Assembly: GCA_017545225.1 (NCBI GenBank)
Contig: JAFWPR010000145.1
Span: 1-61,914 of the forward strand
Source of the DNA: Clostridia bacterium
GTDB taxonomy: Bacteria > Bacillota > Clostridia > Oscillospirales > CAG-272
Direction: 5' to 3'
Length of the DNA: 61,914 nt
This document shows positions 9,346 through 20,486 of the stretch, in pieces. Positions within the stretch are counted from its first letter, which is position 1. Every line of letters starts with the position of its first letter. A program made the translations under genes and the position numbers. The notes beneath the pieces were generated by a model. That model did no database searches. It was not told the origin of the DNA and worked only from the letters and a program-made list of their open reading frames with translations.

Positions 9346-10617
9346 TTAACTGTCTTTCTCCGCCGAAAGCGCTCTTGCCCCTATGTCGCGGCGGTAGAAC
9401 GAATTCGGGAATCCGATGCGGCCGACCTTTTCGTACGCGCCGCTCACGGCCTCGGCGAGCGTCCCGCCCGCCGCCGTGACGCCGAGCACTCTGCCGCCGC
9501 CGGAGATCAGTTTGCCGCCCTCGAGCTTCCCGCCCGCGACGTAAACGTCCCTTTCGATATCCTCGGGTATATCGATCTCAAACCCGGATTCGTATTTTCC
9601 GGGATACCCGACGTGCGCCATAATGACGCAGCAGGCGCACCCGTCCTTTATCTTCACGTCGCCCTCGGCGAGCGTTCCCGTCGCCGCCTTTTCCATGACG
9701 TCGAGCAGATCGCAGTCGAGGAGCGGCAGGACGACCTGCGTCTCCGGATCGCCGAAACGGCAGTTGTACTCTATCACGTACGGGCCGTTTTCGGTTATCA
9801 TCAGACCGAAGTACAGGCATCCCCTGAACGGTCTGCCCTCTTCCTTCATTCCGAGGACAGTCGGTCTGAAGATCTTTTCCATGCACTCCGCGGCGACCTC
9901 TTCCGTGTAGAACGGATTCGGCGCGACGGTTCCCATGCCGCCTGTGTTCGGTCCCTCGTCGCCGTCGTGCGCCCTCTTGTGGTCCATCGACGAGACCATC
10001 GGGAAAACGTGTTCTCCGTCGCAGAACGCGAGGACGGAGACCTCGGGTCCCGTCAGATATTCCTCGATGACGACGCGCAGGCCGCTGTCGCCGAACGCGC
10101 CGTCCTCCATCATCGATCTGACGGCGTCTTTCGCCTCGTCAAGATCCTCCGCGATGATGACGCCCTTGCCCGCGGCAAGCCCATCCGCCTTTACGACGAT
10201 GGGGAAAGACGACCTCTCGAGATACGCGATCGCCGTGTCCGCGTCGGAGAATTCGGCGAACGAAGCGGTCGGTATCCCGTGCCGCTTCATGAAATTCTTT
10301 GCGAAGATCTTGCTCCCCTCGAGTATCGCGGCGTCTGCCGTCGGGCCGAACGCGGGGATGCCCGCGGCGGCGAGCTTGTCGACCGCTCCGCGGACGAGCG
10401 GGTCCTCCGGAGCTATTACGGCGAAATCAATACCCTCTCTGACGGCGAACGAGACGATCCCGTCGACCTCGGACGCGGATATCGGGACGCACTCCGCGTC
10501 GCGCGATATGCCTCCGTTGCCGGGAGCGGCGTATATCTTCTCCGCCCTCGGGCTCTCCCTGAGTTTTTTGATTATGGCGTGCTCTCTGCCGCCTCCGCCG
10601 ACTACGAGTATCTTCAC
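9346..10617 (-). CDS. purD: phosphoribosylamine--glycine ligase
   Basis: The N-terminus reads 'KILVVGGGGREHAI' and the ATP-grasp core is present. I chose the GTG start at 10617 so the gene does not overlap glyA. The listed ORF start at 10674 runs into glyA. Confidence 0.9.
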   Translation of the reverse strand: MKILVVGGGGREHAIIKKLRESPRAEKIYAAPGNGGISRDAECVPISASEVDGIVSFAVREGIDFAVIAPEDPLVRGAVDKLAAAGIPAFGPTADAAILEGSKIFAKNFMKRHGIPTASFAEFSDADTAIAYLERSSFPIVVKADGLAAGKGVIIAEDLDEAKDAVRSMMEDGAFGDSGLRVVIEEYLTGPEVSVLAFCDGEHVFPMVSSMDHKRAHDGDEGPNTGGMGTVAPNPFYTEEVAAECMEKIFRPTVLGMKEEGRPFRGCLYFGLMITENGPYVIEYNCRFGDPETQVVLPLLDCDLLDVMEKAATGTLAEGDVKIKDGCACCVIMAHVGYPGKYESGFEIDIPEDIERDVYVAGGKLEGGKLISGGGRVLGVTAAGGTLAEAVSGAYEKVGRIGFPNSFYRRDIGARALSAEKDS

Positions 10618-10630
10618 TTTATTCACCCTT

Positions 10631-11869
10631 TCAGGAATAGATCGGGAATTTTTCGCAAAGCGCGGCGACCTCACGGGTCACTCGCTCGCGAGTCCCCTCG
10701 AAATCTCTCGCAACGTCGCCGATAAGACGGGCGACGGTCTTCATCTGTTCCGTACCGAAGCCGCGCGAGGTGACGGCGGGAGTGCCGACTCTGATACCGC
10801 TCGTTACGAACGGGCTCTGCGGATCGTTCGGGATCGTGTTCTTGTTTACGGTGATGCGGACCTCGTCGAGCCGCTTCTCCATATCCTTGCCGGTGATGCC
10901 GAACGGACGGAGGTCGACGAGCATCAGGTGGTTGTCCGTGCCGCCGGAGACGAGGCGGAAGCCCTCGTTTATCATCGAGTCGGCGAGGACCTTCGCGTTC
11001 TCGACGATCCGTCTCTGATAGTTTTTGAATTCGTCCGTCAGCGCCTCGCCGAGAGCGACGGCCTTGGCGGCGATGATGTGCATGAGCGGACCGCCCTGCG
11101 TTCCCGGGAAGATCGCTTTGTCGATCTGCTTCGCGAGCTCCTCTCGGCAGAGGATCATACCGCCGCGCGGACCGCGGAGCGTCTTGTGAGTCGTCGTCGT
11201 GACGACGTGGGCGTACGGAACGGGCGACGGGTGCAGTCCCGCCGCGACGAGTCCCGCGATGTGAGCCATGTCGACCATAAGATACGCGCCGACCTCGTCC
11301 GCGATCTCGCGGAATCTCTTGAAGTCGATGACGCGCGGGTACGCGCTGGCGCCCGCGATTATCATCTTCGGACGGCACGAGAGAGCCGTCTGTCGTACTC
11401 GGTCGTAGTCGATCGTCTCCGTCTCGGGATTGAGCGTATACGGCACGACGTTGAAGTATTTGCCGGAGATGTTGACGGGAGAACCGTGCGAGAGGTGGCC
11501 GCCGTTGGCGAGGTCCATTCCCATCACCGTGTCGCCCGGCTGAAGAAGCGCGAAGAAGACGGCGAGATTCGCGGACGCGCCGCAGTGCGGCTGAACGTTC
11601 GCGTGCTCCGCTCCGAAGAGCGCTTTCGCGCGGTCGCGGGCGATATTCTCGACGACGTCGACGCATTCGCATCCGCCGTAGTATCTCTTGCCCGGGAAGC
11701 CCTCTGCGTATTTGTTCGTGAGGGGCGTGCCCGCGGCGAGCAGGACCGCCTCGGAGACTATGTTCTCCGAAGCGATGAGTTCGATATTCCCTCTCTGCCT
11801 TTTCAGCTCGGCGTCGCAGGCCGACGCGACTTCGGGATCAAATTCCGACAGTTTTTCAAAAAAGTTCAT
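10631..11869 (-). CDS. glyA: serine hydroxymethyltransferase
   Basis: The translation contains '[11 protein letters not shown]', '[14 protein letters not shown]' and '[16 protein letters not shown]' (the PLP lysine motif). Confidence 0.95.
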   Translation of the reverse strand: MNFFEKLSEFDPEVASACDAELKRQRGNIELIASENIVSEAVLLAAGTPLTNKYAEGFPGKRYYGGCECVDVVENIARDRAKALFGAEHANVQPHCGASANLAVFFALLQPGDTVMGMDLANGGHLSHGSPVNISGKYFNVVPYTLNPETETIDYDRVRQTALSCRPKMIIAGASAYPRVIDFKRFREIADEVGAYLMVDMAHIAGLVAAGLHPSPVPYAHVVTTTTHKTLRGPRGGMILCREELAKQIDKAIFPGTQGGPLMHIIAAKAVALGEALTDEFKNYQRRIVENAKVLADSMINEGFRLVSGGTDNHLMLVDLRPFGITGKDMEKRLDEVRITVNKNTIPNDPQSPFVTSGIRVGTPAVTSRGFGTEQMKTVARLIGDVARDFEGTRERVTREVAALCEKFPIYS

Positions 11870-11888
11870 TTCAGGACCCTCCGTATTA

Positions 11889-13073
11889 TCAGTGGTGGAA
11901 CAGACGCATTCCGGTGAACGCCATGACGATGCCGTATTTGTCGCAGCATTCGATCACGAGATCGTCGCGGATCGAGCCGCCGGGCTCGGCGATAAAGTCG
12001 ACGCCGCTTGCCCTCGCCCTCTCGATATTGTCGTCGAACGGGAAGAACGCGTCGGACGCGAGCGATACGCCGCGGATGCCGTCGAGATATTCTCTCATCT
12101 CATCACGGGTGAGCGGGTCGGGGCGCACGGTGAAAAAGTTCTGCCATACGCCGTCGGCGCAGACGTCGAGCTCGTTCTTGTTGATGTATCCGTCGATCAC
12201 GTTGTCGCGCTCCGCTCTCGCAAGCGTCGGGATGAACGGGAGATTCAGGACTTTCTCGTGGCGGCGAAGCTGCCACGTGTCCGCCTTCGTTCCCGCGAGG
12301 CGCGTGCAGTGGATTCGCGACTGCTGTCCCGCGCCGACGCCGATCGCCTGGCCGTCGACCGCGTAGCAGACCGAGTTGGACTGCGTGTATTTCAGAGTCA
12401 GAAGAGCGACGATCAGGTCGCGCTTCGCCGACTCGGGGAGTTCTTTATTTTTAGTGACGATATTGGAGAGCAGTTCCGCGTTGATCTTGAAATTATTCCT
12501 TCCCTGCTCGAACGTGATGCCGAAGACCTGTTTTCTCTCGCGCTCGGCGGGGACGTACGAGGGGTCGATCGCGATTATGTTGTAGTTCCCTTTTCTCTTC
12601 GTTTTCAGGATCTCGAGCGCCTCGGGAGTGTAGCCGGGTGCGATGACGCCGTCGGAGACTTCCCTCTTGATGATCGACGCGGTGACCTCGTCGCAGACGT
12701 CGGACAGGGCGATGAAATCGCCGAACGAGCACATTCTGTCCGTTCCGCGCGCTCTGGCGTACGCGCAGGCGAGCGGAGAGGAGTCGAGTCCCTCGATATC
12801 GTCGACGAAGCACATCTTTTTGAGATCGTCGTCAAGCGGCGTGCCGACCGACGCGGACGTCGGGGAGACGTGCTTGAACGACGCAGCGGCGACCTGCCCC
12901 GTCGCCTCTTTTATCTCTTTTACGAGCTGCCACGAATTGAATGCGTCGAGGAAATTGATGAAACCGGGACGGCCGGACAAAATCTCGATCGGGAGATCGC
13001 CTCCGTCCTCCATGAAGATCTTAGCCGGTTTCTGGTTCGGGTTCATTCCGTATTTGAGTTCGAATTCTTTCAT
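11889..13073 (-). CDS. purH: AICAR transformylase (PurH formyltransferase domain only)
   Basis: The 394-aa product reads '[17 protein letters not shown]...' with AICARFT-type sequence. It lacks the MGS-like IMP cyclohydrolase domain. Confidence 0.85.
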   Translation of the reverse strand: MKEFELKYGMNPNQKPAKIFMEDGGDLPIEILSGRPGFINFLDAFNSWQLVKEIKEATGQVAAASFKHVSPTSASVGTPLDDDLKKMCFVDDIEGLDSSPLACAYARARGTDRMCSFGDFIALSDVCDEVTASIIKREVSDGVIAPGYTPEALEILKTKRKGNYNIIAIDPSYVPAERERKQVFGITFEQGRNNFKINAELLSNIVTKNKELPESAKRDLIVALLTLKYTQSNSVCYAVDGQAIGVGAGQQSRIHCTRLAGTKADTWQLRRHEKVLNLPFIPTLARAERDNVIDGYINKNELDVCADGVWQNFFTVRPDPLTRDEMREYLDGIRGVSLASDAFFPFDDNIERARASGVDFIAEPGGSIRDDLVIECCDKYGIVMAFTGMRLFHH

Positions 13074-13085
13074 CTTCCCGTCACC

Positions 13086-13802
13086 TCACACGTTTTTGTT
13101 TATCAGTTCTCTGTCGTACCGCCCCGTTTTGAGGTCGGTGAAGCGGACGTACAGGGATATTTTGTTCTCTTCGTCAAGATTTTCCCAGATGTCGTACGCG
13201 AGCTCTCTCACGGAGTCGCGCAGGAAGACGCGTTCGGGCTCTCCGCGGAAGGTCGGGAGCGGGTTCCCGTCGGTCTCGTAGGTGTGGAGGAAGTGGCCGA
13301 CGCCCGGAGTCGGCGAGTAAGAGAACGTGAATCTGTTGCAGCCGGTGCCCTCCGCGTCCGCGCTCTTCAGAATGCTCATTTCGTACGAGAAAGGCTCGTT
13401 TTTGAGGTACGCGCTGATGCGCGGGGTGAAGTTCGGGGCGTCCGGCTCGAACTCGCGCGTCGCCATCGCCTCGGAGAACGATTTTCCGGCTTTGATGAAC
13501 TCCGCGGCGGTGTCGGTCTGGTCGCCGTTCGTTACGACGACGCCGGACCCGAGCGTTCTCACGGGGTAGTAAATAATGAGGGACGGGTCCTTTACCTTCG
13601 ACTCGTCGTAAGGCGCGGTGCGCAGATCGTCGCCCTCCTCGATGAAAACTCTGTTGCGGCTGTTCTCGCTCCTTCCCATTATGAAGTACGCGAAGACGGA
13701 GCGTTCGCCGTCGGCGGCGAGCCCCGTTATTATCCCGCGCCCGACGTAGGGGTTGCCCGCGAGCGTCTCTTTTACCGTTTTCACGGCGTAAACGTCACTC
13801 AT
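13086..13802 (-). CDS. stand-alone IMP cyclohydrolase (PurO-like family)
   Basis: The translation 'NPYVGRGIITG...YFIMGRSENSRNRVF...DPSLIIYYPV' fits this family. The ATG at 13802 is preceded by AAGGAGGAAG and overlaps the purN stop (ATGA). The 110-codon upstream extension in the listed ORF overlaps purN and is rejected. Confidence 0.8.
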   Translation of the reverse strand: MSDVYAVKTVKETLAGNPYVGRGIITGLAADGERSVFAYFIMGRSENSRNRVFIEEGDDLRTAPYDESKVKDPSLIIYYPVRTLGSGVVVTNGDQTDTAAEFIKAGKSFSEAMATREFEPDAPNFTPRISAYLKNEPFSYEMSILKSADAEGTGCNRFTFSYSPTPGVGHFLHTYETDGNPLPTFRGEPERVFLRDSVRELAYDIWENLDEENKISLYVRFTDLKTGRYDRELINKNV

Positions 13803-14416
13803 TTTTCTTCCTCCTTGATTTTTTCGCATATCAGTTCGACGGAGCGCGGAAGGATGATCCATTCCGCCTCCCTCATGACTTTCTTTTGAAGCGTTTCGGG
13901 CGTGTCGTCCTCGGATATCTCGACAGCCTTCTGCATTATTATCTTTCCTCCGTCCGGTATCTCGTTGACGAGATGGACCGTCGCGCCGGTGACCTTCACT
14001 CCGTAGGCGAGCGCCGCCTCGTGGACGCGCAGGCCGTAGAATCCCTCGCCGCAGAACGACGGGATGAGCGACGGATGGACGTTGAGGATGCGGTTTTCGT
14101 ATTTCTTCGTGAATTTCGCGCTCAGGATGCACATGAACCCCGCGAGGACGATGACCTCGGCACCCGCCGAGTCGATCGCGCGGATCAGATCGGCCTCGAA
14201 GTCCTCTTTGCCGTGATGCGTCTTTCTCGCCACGACCGTCGTCGGGATGCCCGCGTTTTTCGCCCTCTCGAGAGCGTAGGCGTCCTTGTTGCTCGAGATC
14301 ACTGCGACGATCTGCCCGCTTTTTATGATCCCCGATTTCTGCGCGTCGATCAGCGCCTGAAGGTTCGTTCCGCCGCCCGATACGAGGACGGCGATCCTCA
14401 CTTTGTCCCTCAGCAT
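13799..14416 (-). CDS. purN: phosphoribosylglycinamide formyltransferase
   Basis: The translation contains '[18 protein letters not shown]' and '[12 protein letters not shown]'. Confidence 0.9.
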   Translation of the reverse strand: MLRDKVRIAVLVSGGGTNLQALIDAQKSGIIKSGQIVAVISSNKDAYALERAKNAGIPTTVVARKTHHGKEDFEADLIRAIDSAGAEVIVLAGFMCILSAKFTKKYENRILNVHPSLIPSFCGEGFYGLRVHEAALAYGVKVTGATVHLVNEIPDGGKIIMQKAVEISEDDTPETLQKKVMREAEWIILPRSVELICEKIKEEEK

Positions 14417-15444
14417 ATGACTACCTTCTCTTCGCCTTTTTCGATCCTGCCTATGACGTAGGCGTCCTCGCCCGCTTCGCGGAGGATGCGGAGCGCCTCG
14501 TCGGCGTCGGACTCCGCGACGGTGACCGTCATTCCGACGCCCATGTTGAACGTGTTGAACATATCGCGCTCGGAGATCCCGCCCCGCTCTTTGATAAGAT
14601 CGAAGATCGGGAGGATACGGAGGGACGACTTTTCAATGACTGCCGACAGGCCGTCCGGGATGCTGCGCGGGATGTTCTCGTAAAAGCCGCCGCCCGTGAC
14701 GTGCGAGACGCCGTGCGGCCTTATCTTCTCAAAGAGCGCGAGCATCGGCTTCACGTATATCTTCGTCGGGGTGAGGAGCGTTTCGGCGACCGAGGCGCCG
14801 AGTTTTTCGGAATATTCGAGAACGGCGGGATCCTCGCCTACGCGGAACACGCGTCTGACGAGAGAGAAGCCGTTCGAGTGGACGCCCGACGACGGAAGAG
14901 CGATCAGAATATCGCCCGCTTTTGTGGTTTCTTTATCTATGACCGCGTCGCGGTCCACGACGCCGACGGCGAAGCCCGCGAGGTCGTATTCGTCCTCGGG
15001 ATAGAAGCCCGGCATCTCGGCGGTCTCGCCGCCGATCAGCGAAGCCCCGGCCTCAACGCAGCCCTCCGCGACGCCGGAGACGATCGCTGCGATCCGCTCG
15101 GGGATATTCTTTCCGCACGCGATATAGTCGAGGAAGAAGAGCGGCTTCGCTCCGCAGCAGATTATATCGTTGACGCACATCGCGACGCAGTCGATACCGA
15201 CCGTGTCGTGCTTGTCCGTCAGGAACGCGAGCTTCAGCTTCGTGCCTACTCCGTCCGTCCCGCTGACGAGAACGGGATGAGGGATCCCCGCGACGTCGAG
15301 CTCGAACGTGCCGCCGAACCCGCCTATCGCGGAGCAGGCGGGGGTGAGAGTCCGCGCGATATGAGCTTTCATAAGCTCGACGGCGCGGTAGCCCGCCGTT
15401 ATGTCGACTCCCGCTTCGCGGTACGCCTCACTGTAGCTTTTCAT
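14410..15444 (-). CDS. purM: phosphoribosylformylglycinamidine cyclo-ligase (AIR synthetase)
   Basis: The translation contains '[12 protein letters not shown]', '[12 protein letters not shown]' and '[10 protein letters not shown]'. Confidence 0.95.
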   Translation of the reverse strand: MKSYSEAYREAGVDITAGYRAVELMKAHIARTLTPACSAIGGFGGTFELDVAGIPHPVLVSGTDGVGTKLKLAFLTDKHDTVGIDCVAMCVNDIICCGAKPLFFLDYIACGKNIPERIAAIVSGVAEGCVEAGASLIGGETAEMPGFYPEDEYDLAGFAVGVVDRDAVIDKETTKAGDILIALPSSGVHSNGFSLVRRVFRVGEDPAVLEYSEKLGASVAETLLTPTKIYVKPMLALFEKIRPHGVSHVTGGGFYENIPRSIPDGLSAVIEKSSLRILPIFDLIKERGGISERDMFNTFNMGVGMTVTVAESDADEALRILREAGEDAYVIGRIEKGEEKVVIC

Positions 15445-16876
15445 CCTTTTTTCCCTCGCTTATCTTCTGCTCAAATCTGTTTTTCGCCGTCTTTTCGGGG
15501 ACGGGCGTCGGATATTCGCCGTTGAAGCACGCGGAGCAGAGCCCCTTGACCGTTCTGTCCGAAGCGATCTTTTTCACGTTGTCGACGGAGAGGAAGCCGA
15601 GCGAGTCGACTCCGATGATCTTCGCCATCTCCTCAACGGAGTAGTGGCAGGCGATCAGGTTCTCCCGCGAGTCGATGTCCGTTCCGTAATAGCAGGGGTT
15701 GAGGAACTGCGGCGCGGACGATCTCATGTGGACCTCGGTCGCTCCCGCGTCGCGCAGGAGTTTGACGATCCGCCCGCAGGTCGTGCCGCGTACGATCGAG
15801 TCGTCGACCATCACGACGCGCTTGCCCTTGACGACGGACGGGACGGGGTTCAGCTTGATCCTGACCTTGTCCTCCCTCGTCTTCTGGCCGGGAGCGATGA
15901 ACGTCCGCCCTATGTATTTGTTCTTGATGAGTCCGATGCCGTACGGGATGCCCGACTGACGGGCGTAGCCGATCGCGGCGTCGAGTCCCGAGTCCGGAAC
16001 GCCGATGACGACGTCCGCCATGACCGGATGCTCGATCGCGAGGAACGTCCCCGCGCGCACGCGCGCCTCGTGGACGGAAACGCCGTCTATCACCGAGTCG
16101 GGGCGTGCGAAATAGATGTATTCGAATACGCAGAGGGAATGATCCTCCGTTCCGCAGTGGTCTCTGATCGAGCGGACGCCCTCCGAATCGAAGACGATGA
16201 TCTCGCCGGGCTCCACGTCACGCTCGAACGTCGCTCCGACGGAATCGAGAGCGCACGATTCGGACGCGATGACCCAGTCTCCGTTCGCCCTTTTGCCTAT
16301 GCAGAGCGGGCGGAACCCGCCGGGGTCGCGGACGGCGATCATCTTCGCCGGGGACATGATGACGAGAGAATACGCCCCCTTGAGTTTGTTCATCGCGCGG
16401 TTGACCGCCTCCTCGATCGACTGGGAGGTCAGACGCTCTTTGGTGATGATATACGAGATGACCTCGGTGTCGCTCGTCATGTGGAAGATCGATCCCTCGA
16501 GCTCAAGCTGCGTGCGAAGGTCGTATGAGTTGGTGAGGTTGCCGTTGTGGCAGAGCGCCATGCGCCCCTTTACGTGGTTGACGACGATCGGCTGGGCGTT
16601 CACTCTGCCCGTGCTGCCCGTCGTTCCGTAGCGGACGTGGCCTATCGCCATATTCCCCTCGCCGAGTTTTTCGATAACGTCGCGCGTGAACACGTCGCCG
16701 ACGAGACCGTTGTCCTTATAGGTGTTGAAAACGCCGTCGTCGTTGACGACGATGCCGCAGCTCTCCTGCCCCCTGTGCTGAAGCGAGAAGAGGCCGTAGT
16801 AGACCGTCTGTGCGAGTTTTGCCTTCTCCTGTGCGAAGATACCGAACACTCCGCATTCCTCGTGAATCGATGCCAT
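15428..16876 (-). CDS. purF: amidophosphoribosyltransferase
   Basis: The N-terminal 'CGVFGIF' marks the Ntn amidotransferase. It also has the PRTase motif '[13 protein letters not shown]' and C-terminal Cys residues. Confidence 0.95.
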   Translation of the reverse strand: MASIHEECGVFGIFAQEKAKLAQTVYYGLFSLQHRGQESCGIVVNDDGVFNTYKDNGLVGDVFTRDVIEKLGEGNMAIGHVRYGTTGSTGRVNAQPIVVNHVKGRMALCHNGNLTNSYDLRTQLELEGSIFHMTSDTEVISYIITKERLTSQSIEEAVNRAMNKLKGAYSLVIMSPAKMIAVRDPGGFRPLCIGKRANGDWVIASESCALDSVGATFERDVEPGEIIVFDSEGVRSIRDHCGTEDHSLCVFEYIYFARPDSVIDGVSVHEARVRAGTFLAIEHPVMADVVIGVPDSGLDAAIGYARQSGIPYGIGLIKNKYIGRTFIAPGQKTREDKVRIKLNPVPSVVKGKRVVMVDDSIVRGTTCGRIVKLLRDAGATEVHMRSSAPQFLNPCYYGTDIDSRENLIACHYSVEEMAKIIGVDSLGFLSVDNVKKIASDRTVKGLCSACFNGEYPTPVPEKTAKNRFEQKISEGKKDEKLQ

Positions 16877-16898
16877 TTATTCCTCCGTTATTATAAGT

Positions 16899-17609
16899 TC
16901 AGTTGCCCATCAGCCTTCTCATGATCTCCTGATACGCGTCTTCGACGCCTCCGAGATCTCTTCTGAAGCGGTCCTTGTCGAGTTTCTCGTTCGTGTCCTT
17001 GTCCCAGAACCTGCATGTGTCGGGGGAGATCTCGTCGGCGAGGACGATCGTGCCGTCCGAAGTCTTGCCGAACTCGAGCTTGAAGTCGACGAGCTTTATA
17101 CCGAGTTCGATGAGATATTTTTTCATGAAATCGTTGACTTTGAAGGCGTATTTTTTGATCGTCTCTATCTCGTCCCATGTGGCGAGGCCGAGCGCGACGG
17201 CGTGATAAGCGTTGATCAGCGGATCGCCGAGATCGTCGTTCTTGTAGGAGAATTCGATCGTCGGCTCGGCGAACGTGATGCCCTCCTCGACGCCGTATCT
17301 CTTCGCGAACGATCCGGCGGAGATATTGCGGATGATGACCTCGAGCGGTACGATCGAGACTTTCTTGACGAGCGTTTCGCGGTCGGAAAGCTCCTCAACG
17401 TAATGAGTGGGGACGCCTTCGCCCTCGAGCATCCGCATCATGTGGTTGGTGACCTTGTTATTGATGACGCCCTTGCCCGCGATCGTGCCTTTTTTCAGCC
17501 CGTTGAACGCGGTCGCGTCGTCCTTGTACTCGACGAGCACGAGATCCGCGTCGTCGGTCGCGTATACTTTCTTTGCCTTGCCCTCGTAGATCTGTTCAAG
17601 TTTTTTCAC
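16899..17609 (-). CDS. purC: phosphoribosylaminoimidazole-succinocarboxamide synthase
   Basis: The translation '[14 protein letters not shown]...[12 protein letters not shown]' fits SAICAR synthase. The start is GTG at 17609. Confidence 0.95.
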   Translation of the reverse strand: MKKLEQIYEGKAKKVYATDDADLVLVEYKDDATAFNGLKKGTIAGKGVINNKVTNHMMRMLEGEGVPTHYVEELSDRETLVKKVSIVPLEVIIRNISAGSFAKRYGVEEGITFAEPTIEFSYKNDDLGDPLINAYHAVALGLATWDEIETIKKYAFKVNDFMKKYLIELGIKLVDFKLEFGKTSDGTIVLADEISPDTCRFWDKDTNEKLDKDRFRRDLGGVEDAYQEIMRRLMGN

Positions 17610-17670
17610 TTTTATTTATCTCCTTTTGGTTTATTGATTTAGACATTGCCACGCAACCTGATCGGTGAAT

Positions 17671-17820
17671 AACTCCCTCAGTCACCTCTTCTTGCTGCGC
17701 AAGAAGGTTGACAGCTCCCTCGGGGAGGGAGCCTTGGCTTTCCCCGTTTCACTTCGCGTCACGGCAATTTTGCCTCCCTCCTTGAGGGAGGTGGCGCGGC
17801 GAAGCCGTGACGGAAGGAGT
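17671..17820 (+). repeat. intergenic multi-hairpin repeat element, copy A (same family as 46983-47116)
   Basis: It shares blocks with copy B: aactccctcagtcacc, gacagctccctc..gagggagccttgg.tttccccg and gcctccctccttgagggaggtggc.cggcgaagccgtgacggaaggagt. Each block forms a small hairpin. Confidence 0.6.
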
Positions 17821-17955
17821 CCTTTACCGTAAAGTTCTCGTCCCGGCGAAGCCGGGTGAAATGGGTCGGGTCCCATTTCAAGAGATCTTTATCCTGCTTG
17901 CGGAGCAAGCAGACGAGAAGACGGATGAGGTGAGAAACGAAAAGATCAAAAGTAA

Positions 17956-18450
17956 TTACGAGCGGTATTTGCTGCCGATCTCTTCGTTCTTTTTCAGCAC
18001 GTTCGCGGCGCCTTCGCGTCTGTACCCGTCGAGCTCCCTCGCGAGTTCCCCGTCCGTGACGGAGAGGATCTCGACGGCGAGGATCGCCGCGTTCTTCGCT
18101 CCGTTTACGGCGACGGTCGCGACGGGGATGCCGCTCGGCATCTGGACGGTCGAGAGAAGCGCGTCGAGCCCCTCGAACGGTCCCGACTTCACCGGGATCC
18201 CGATGACGGGAAGCGTCGTGACCGCGGCGACGGCTCCCGCGAGGTGCGCCGCCATGCCCGCCGCGGCGATCAGCACGCCGTAGCCGTTTTCCCGCGCCGA
18301 AGACGCGAGAGCCCTGACCTCGTCCGGCGTGCGGTGCGCGCTCAGTATAAAGACGTCGTAGGGGACGCCGAATTTCTCAAAGATACCGAAAGCTCCCTCA
18401 ACGACCGGAAGGTCGCTGTCGCTTCCCATGATAACGGCAACTTTTTTCAT
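17956..18450 (-). CDS. purE: 5-(carboxyamino)imidazole ribonucleotide mutase / PurE family
   Basis: The translation contains '[13 protein letters not shown]', 'SAHRTPDE' and '[10 protein letters not shown]'. Confidence 0.9.
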   Translation of the reverse strand: MKKVAVIMGSDSDLPVVEGAFGIFEKFGVPYDVFILSAHRTPDEVRALASSARENGYGVLIAAAGMAAHLAGAVAAVTTLPVIGIPVKSGPFEGLDALLSTVQMPSGIPVATVAVNGAKNAAILAVEILSVTDGELARELDGYRREGAANVLKKNEEIGSKYRS

Positions 18451-18460
18451 ATTCCGTACC

Positions 18461-18895
18461 TCACTTGTTATCGAAATCGGTTTTGGCGCGCGCCTCGCAC
18501 CAGACGCACCGGTAAACGGGTCCCGACGGGTCCGTCAGGCGGAAACGCTGAGGCAGGGAGTGCTCCGTCGAGGTTATGCACCTCGGATTCTTGCATCTGA
18601 TCACCCCGTTCAGGATCTCGGGAAGTTCTATCTTCTTTTTCTCGACTATCTCGCCGTTTTTGATCACGTTGACCGTGACGCCCGGGTCGACGTAGCCGAG
18701 AACGTCGGTGTCGACGCCGAAATCCGCGTCGATCTTGATTATGTCCTTTTTGCCCATTTTGCTGCTCGATACGTTCTTGATCAGGGCGACCGTGCAGTCG
18801 AGCGCGTCGAGCCCGAGGTAGTTGTAAAGCGTCATACCGCGCCCCGCGGTGATGTGGTCGATGACGATGCCGTCTTTTATCGCGTCTATTTTCAT
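18461..18895 (-). CDS. pyrI: aspartate carbamoyltransferase regulatory subunit
   Basis: The translation 'IKDGIVIDHI' is followed by C-terminal zinc-site cysteines ('RCKNPRCIT...YRCVWC'). Confidence 0.9.
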   Translation of the reverse strand: MKIDAIKDGIVIDHITAGRGMTLYNYLGLDALDCTVALIKNVSSSKMGKKDIIKIDADFGVDTDVLGYVDPGVTVNVIKNGEIVEKKKIELPEILNGVIRCKNPRCITSTEHSLPQRFRLTDPSGPVYRCVWCEARAKTDFDNK

Positions 18896-18908
18896 CGCCG
18901 ATTCCCCC

Positions 18909-19823
18909 TTACTCTATCTCAAGCAGTTTGAGGATGAGCGCCATCCTTATGAACTTGCCGTACATCACCTGTCTGAAATACGCGGCGCGCGGGTCGGAGT
19001 CGATCTCGTAGGCGATCTCGTTGACGCGCGGAAGCGGGTGCATGACCGTCATGTCGGATTTCGCCGCCCCCATCTTCGCCGCCGTCAGGATGTAGCTGTC
19101 GCGGAGGCGGAGGTAATCCTCCTCGTTGAAGAAGCGCTCTCTCTGCACTCTCGTCATGTAGAGCACGTCGAGCGATGCTATCGACCCGTCGAGATCCGTC
19201 GTCTCCTCGAACGGAACGGAGTTTTTCTTTAAGACGCCGTCCCTGACGTAGCCCGGTATTTTGAGCTCCGCGGGAGAGATGAGGATGAACCTGACGCCCT
19301 CGTAACGGGACAGAGCGGAGATCAGCGAGTGGACCGTTCTGCCGAATTTCAGGTCTCCGCAGATACCGACGGTCAGGTCGGTGAGCCGCCCCTTCTCGCG
19401 CTCGATGGTGAGCAGGTCGGTGAGCGTCTGCGTCGGGTGGTTGTGGCCGCCGTCTCCTGCGTTGATGACCGGAACTGACGCGTTGACCGAAGCGACGAGC
19501 GGCGCGCCCTCCTTCGGGTGGCGCATCGCGATGATGTCGGCGTAGCAGGAGACCGTCCTCGCGGTGTCCGCGACGCTCTCGCCTTTCGCGGCGGACGAGC
19601 TTTGCGACTCGGAAAAGCCGAGCACGTTCCCGCCTAGCTCGTACATCGCCGCCTCGAACGACAGGCGCGTACGCGTCGACGGCTCAAAGAAGAGCGTGGC
19701 GAGTTTTCGGCCTCTGCACTTGTCGGCGTAATCGGCGGGAGACTCCATTATCGCCTCCGCCTTGTCGATAAGCGCCTCGATCTCGCCGACGGAGAGCTCG
19801 GAAATATCGATGAGACTTCTCAT
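18909..19823 (-). CDS. pyrB: aspartate carbamoyltransferase catalytic subunit
   Basis: The translation contains '[14 protein letters not shown]', 'HPTQ' and 'HPLPRV'. The start ATG at 19823 (MRSLIDIS) has GAGGT upstream. Confidence 0.9.
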   Translation of the reverse strand: MRSLIDISELSVGEIEALIDKAEAIMESPADYADKCRGRKLATLFFEPSTRTRLSFEAAMYELGGNVLGFSESQSSSAAKGESVADTARTVSCYADIIAMRHPKEGAPLVASVNASVPVINAGDGGHNHPTQTLTDLLTIEREKGRLTDLTVGICGDLKFGRTVHSLISALSRYEGVRFILISPAELKIPGYVRDGVLKKNSVPFEETTDLDGSIASLDVLYMTRVQRERFFNEEDYLRLRDSYILTAAKMGAAKSDMTVMHPLPRVNEIAYEIDSDPRAAYFRQVMYGKFIRMALILKLLEIE

Positions 19824-19845
19824 TTTCGACCTCACAGTTTTATAT

Positions 19846-20475
19846 TCAACCAATCCAGCTTTCGTCGGACGGGTCATCGCGGAACTTCAAAAGACGCGCT
19901 TCGTCGGTGTCCTTTATATATCCCTCTTCGACCGCGACGCGGACGACGGCGTCGAAGTTCGTGAGCGACACGTTCTTCACGTTTGCCGCGGCGAGCCGTT
20001 CGAGCCCCTTCTTCATCCCGTAGGTGAAGATGCTCGCGACGCCGAGGACCTCCGCTCCCGCTTCGCGGAGCGCGTCGACGACCTCGAGGACGCTGCCGCC
20101 CGTCGAGATCAGGTCCTCGACGACGACGACCTTTTCGCCCGCCTCGAGCCGTCCCTCGATCCGGTTCTGTCTGCCGTGGTCCTTCGCGCTGCCCCTCACG
20201 TACCCCATCGGGAGCGAGAGAAGATGCGCGGTTATCGCCGCGTGGGCGATCCCGGCGGTCGACGTTCCCATGAGCGCCTCCGCGTCCGGGTAGTTCGCTT
20301 TGATGATCTCTGCGAGCCCTTCCTCAACGTCGCGCCTTACGGCGACGTCGCTGAGCGTCAGCCGGTTGTCGCAGTAGACGGGGCTCTTGATACCCGACGC
20401 CCACGTGAACGGCTCGTCCGGTCTGAAGAAGACCGCGCCGATCGAAAGCAGATCCTTCGCTATCTTTTTTTCCAT
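19846..20475 (-). CDS. pyrE: orotate phosphoribosyltransferase
   Basis: The translation contains '[16 protein letters not shown]' and the PRPP motif '[13 protein letters not shown]'. The start ATG is at 20475. Confidence 0.9.
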   Translation of the reverse strand: MEKKIAKDLLSIGAVFFRPDEPFTWASGIKSPVYCDNRLTLSDVAVRRDVEEGLAEIIKANYPDAEALMGTSTAGIAHAAITAHLLSLPMGYVRGSAKDHGRQNRIEGRLEAGEKVVVVEDLISTGGSVLEVVDALREAGAEVLGVASIFTYGMKKGLERLAAANVKNVSLTNFDAVVRVAVEEGYIKDTDEARLLKFRDDPSDESWIG

Positions 20476-20486
20476 TTCCTGTCCTT

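Noticed and set aside
7224-9479. A 751-aa ORF on the plus strand opposite purL. Similar long antisense or out-of-frame ORFs occur at 5730-7193, 7129-7992, 9613-10725, 9935-11917, 10671-11672, 11688-13889, 14701-15525, 15644-16528, 22294-23343, 23196-24107, 30275-31702, 31227-32678, 31699-32574, 33187-33900, 34538-35371, 35598-36695, 37348-39303, 38280-39383, 41682-42818, 47065-47853, 48459-49280 and 50377-51108.
   Set aside because: These are shadow ORFs typical of GC-rich DNA. Their translations are Arg/Asp/Glu/Gly/Val-rich low-complexity strings with no motifs and no RBS. Each overlaps a textbook enzyme gene on the other strand or in another frame.
13803-14132. Long N-terminal extensions in the listed ORFs. 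Examples are IMP cyclohydrolase (to 14132), pyrD (to 22279), pyrF (to 21275), pyrB (to 19877), pyrK (to 22875), purD (to 10674), rpsT (to 43895), the CBM9-like gene (to 40720), comEC (from 41007), lepB (from 44083), the udk-like gene (from 55646), Phd (to 57056) and the ATPase (to 2845).
   Set aside because: The extensions overlap the upstream gene or a promoter, are Arg-rich nonsense, and skip an internal start codon (usually ATG) that has a good Shine-Dalgarno sequence and matches the usual family N-terminus.
17682-17876. Small ORFs inside the multi-hairpin repeat copies (17682-17876, 17807-18283 and 46929-47156), with peptides such as '...[11 protein letters not shown]'.
   Set aside because: The same repeat gives different, frame-inconsistent ORFs at its two copies, and the sequence is dominated by palindromes. 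These are non-coding repeat elements.
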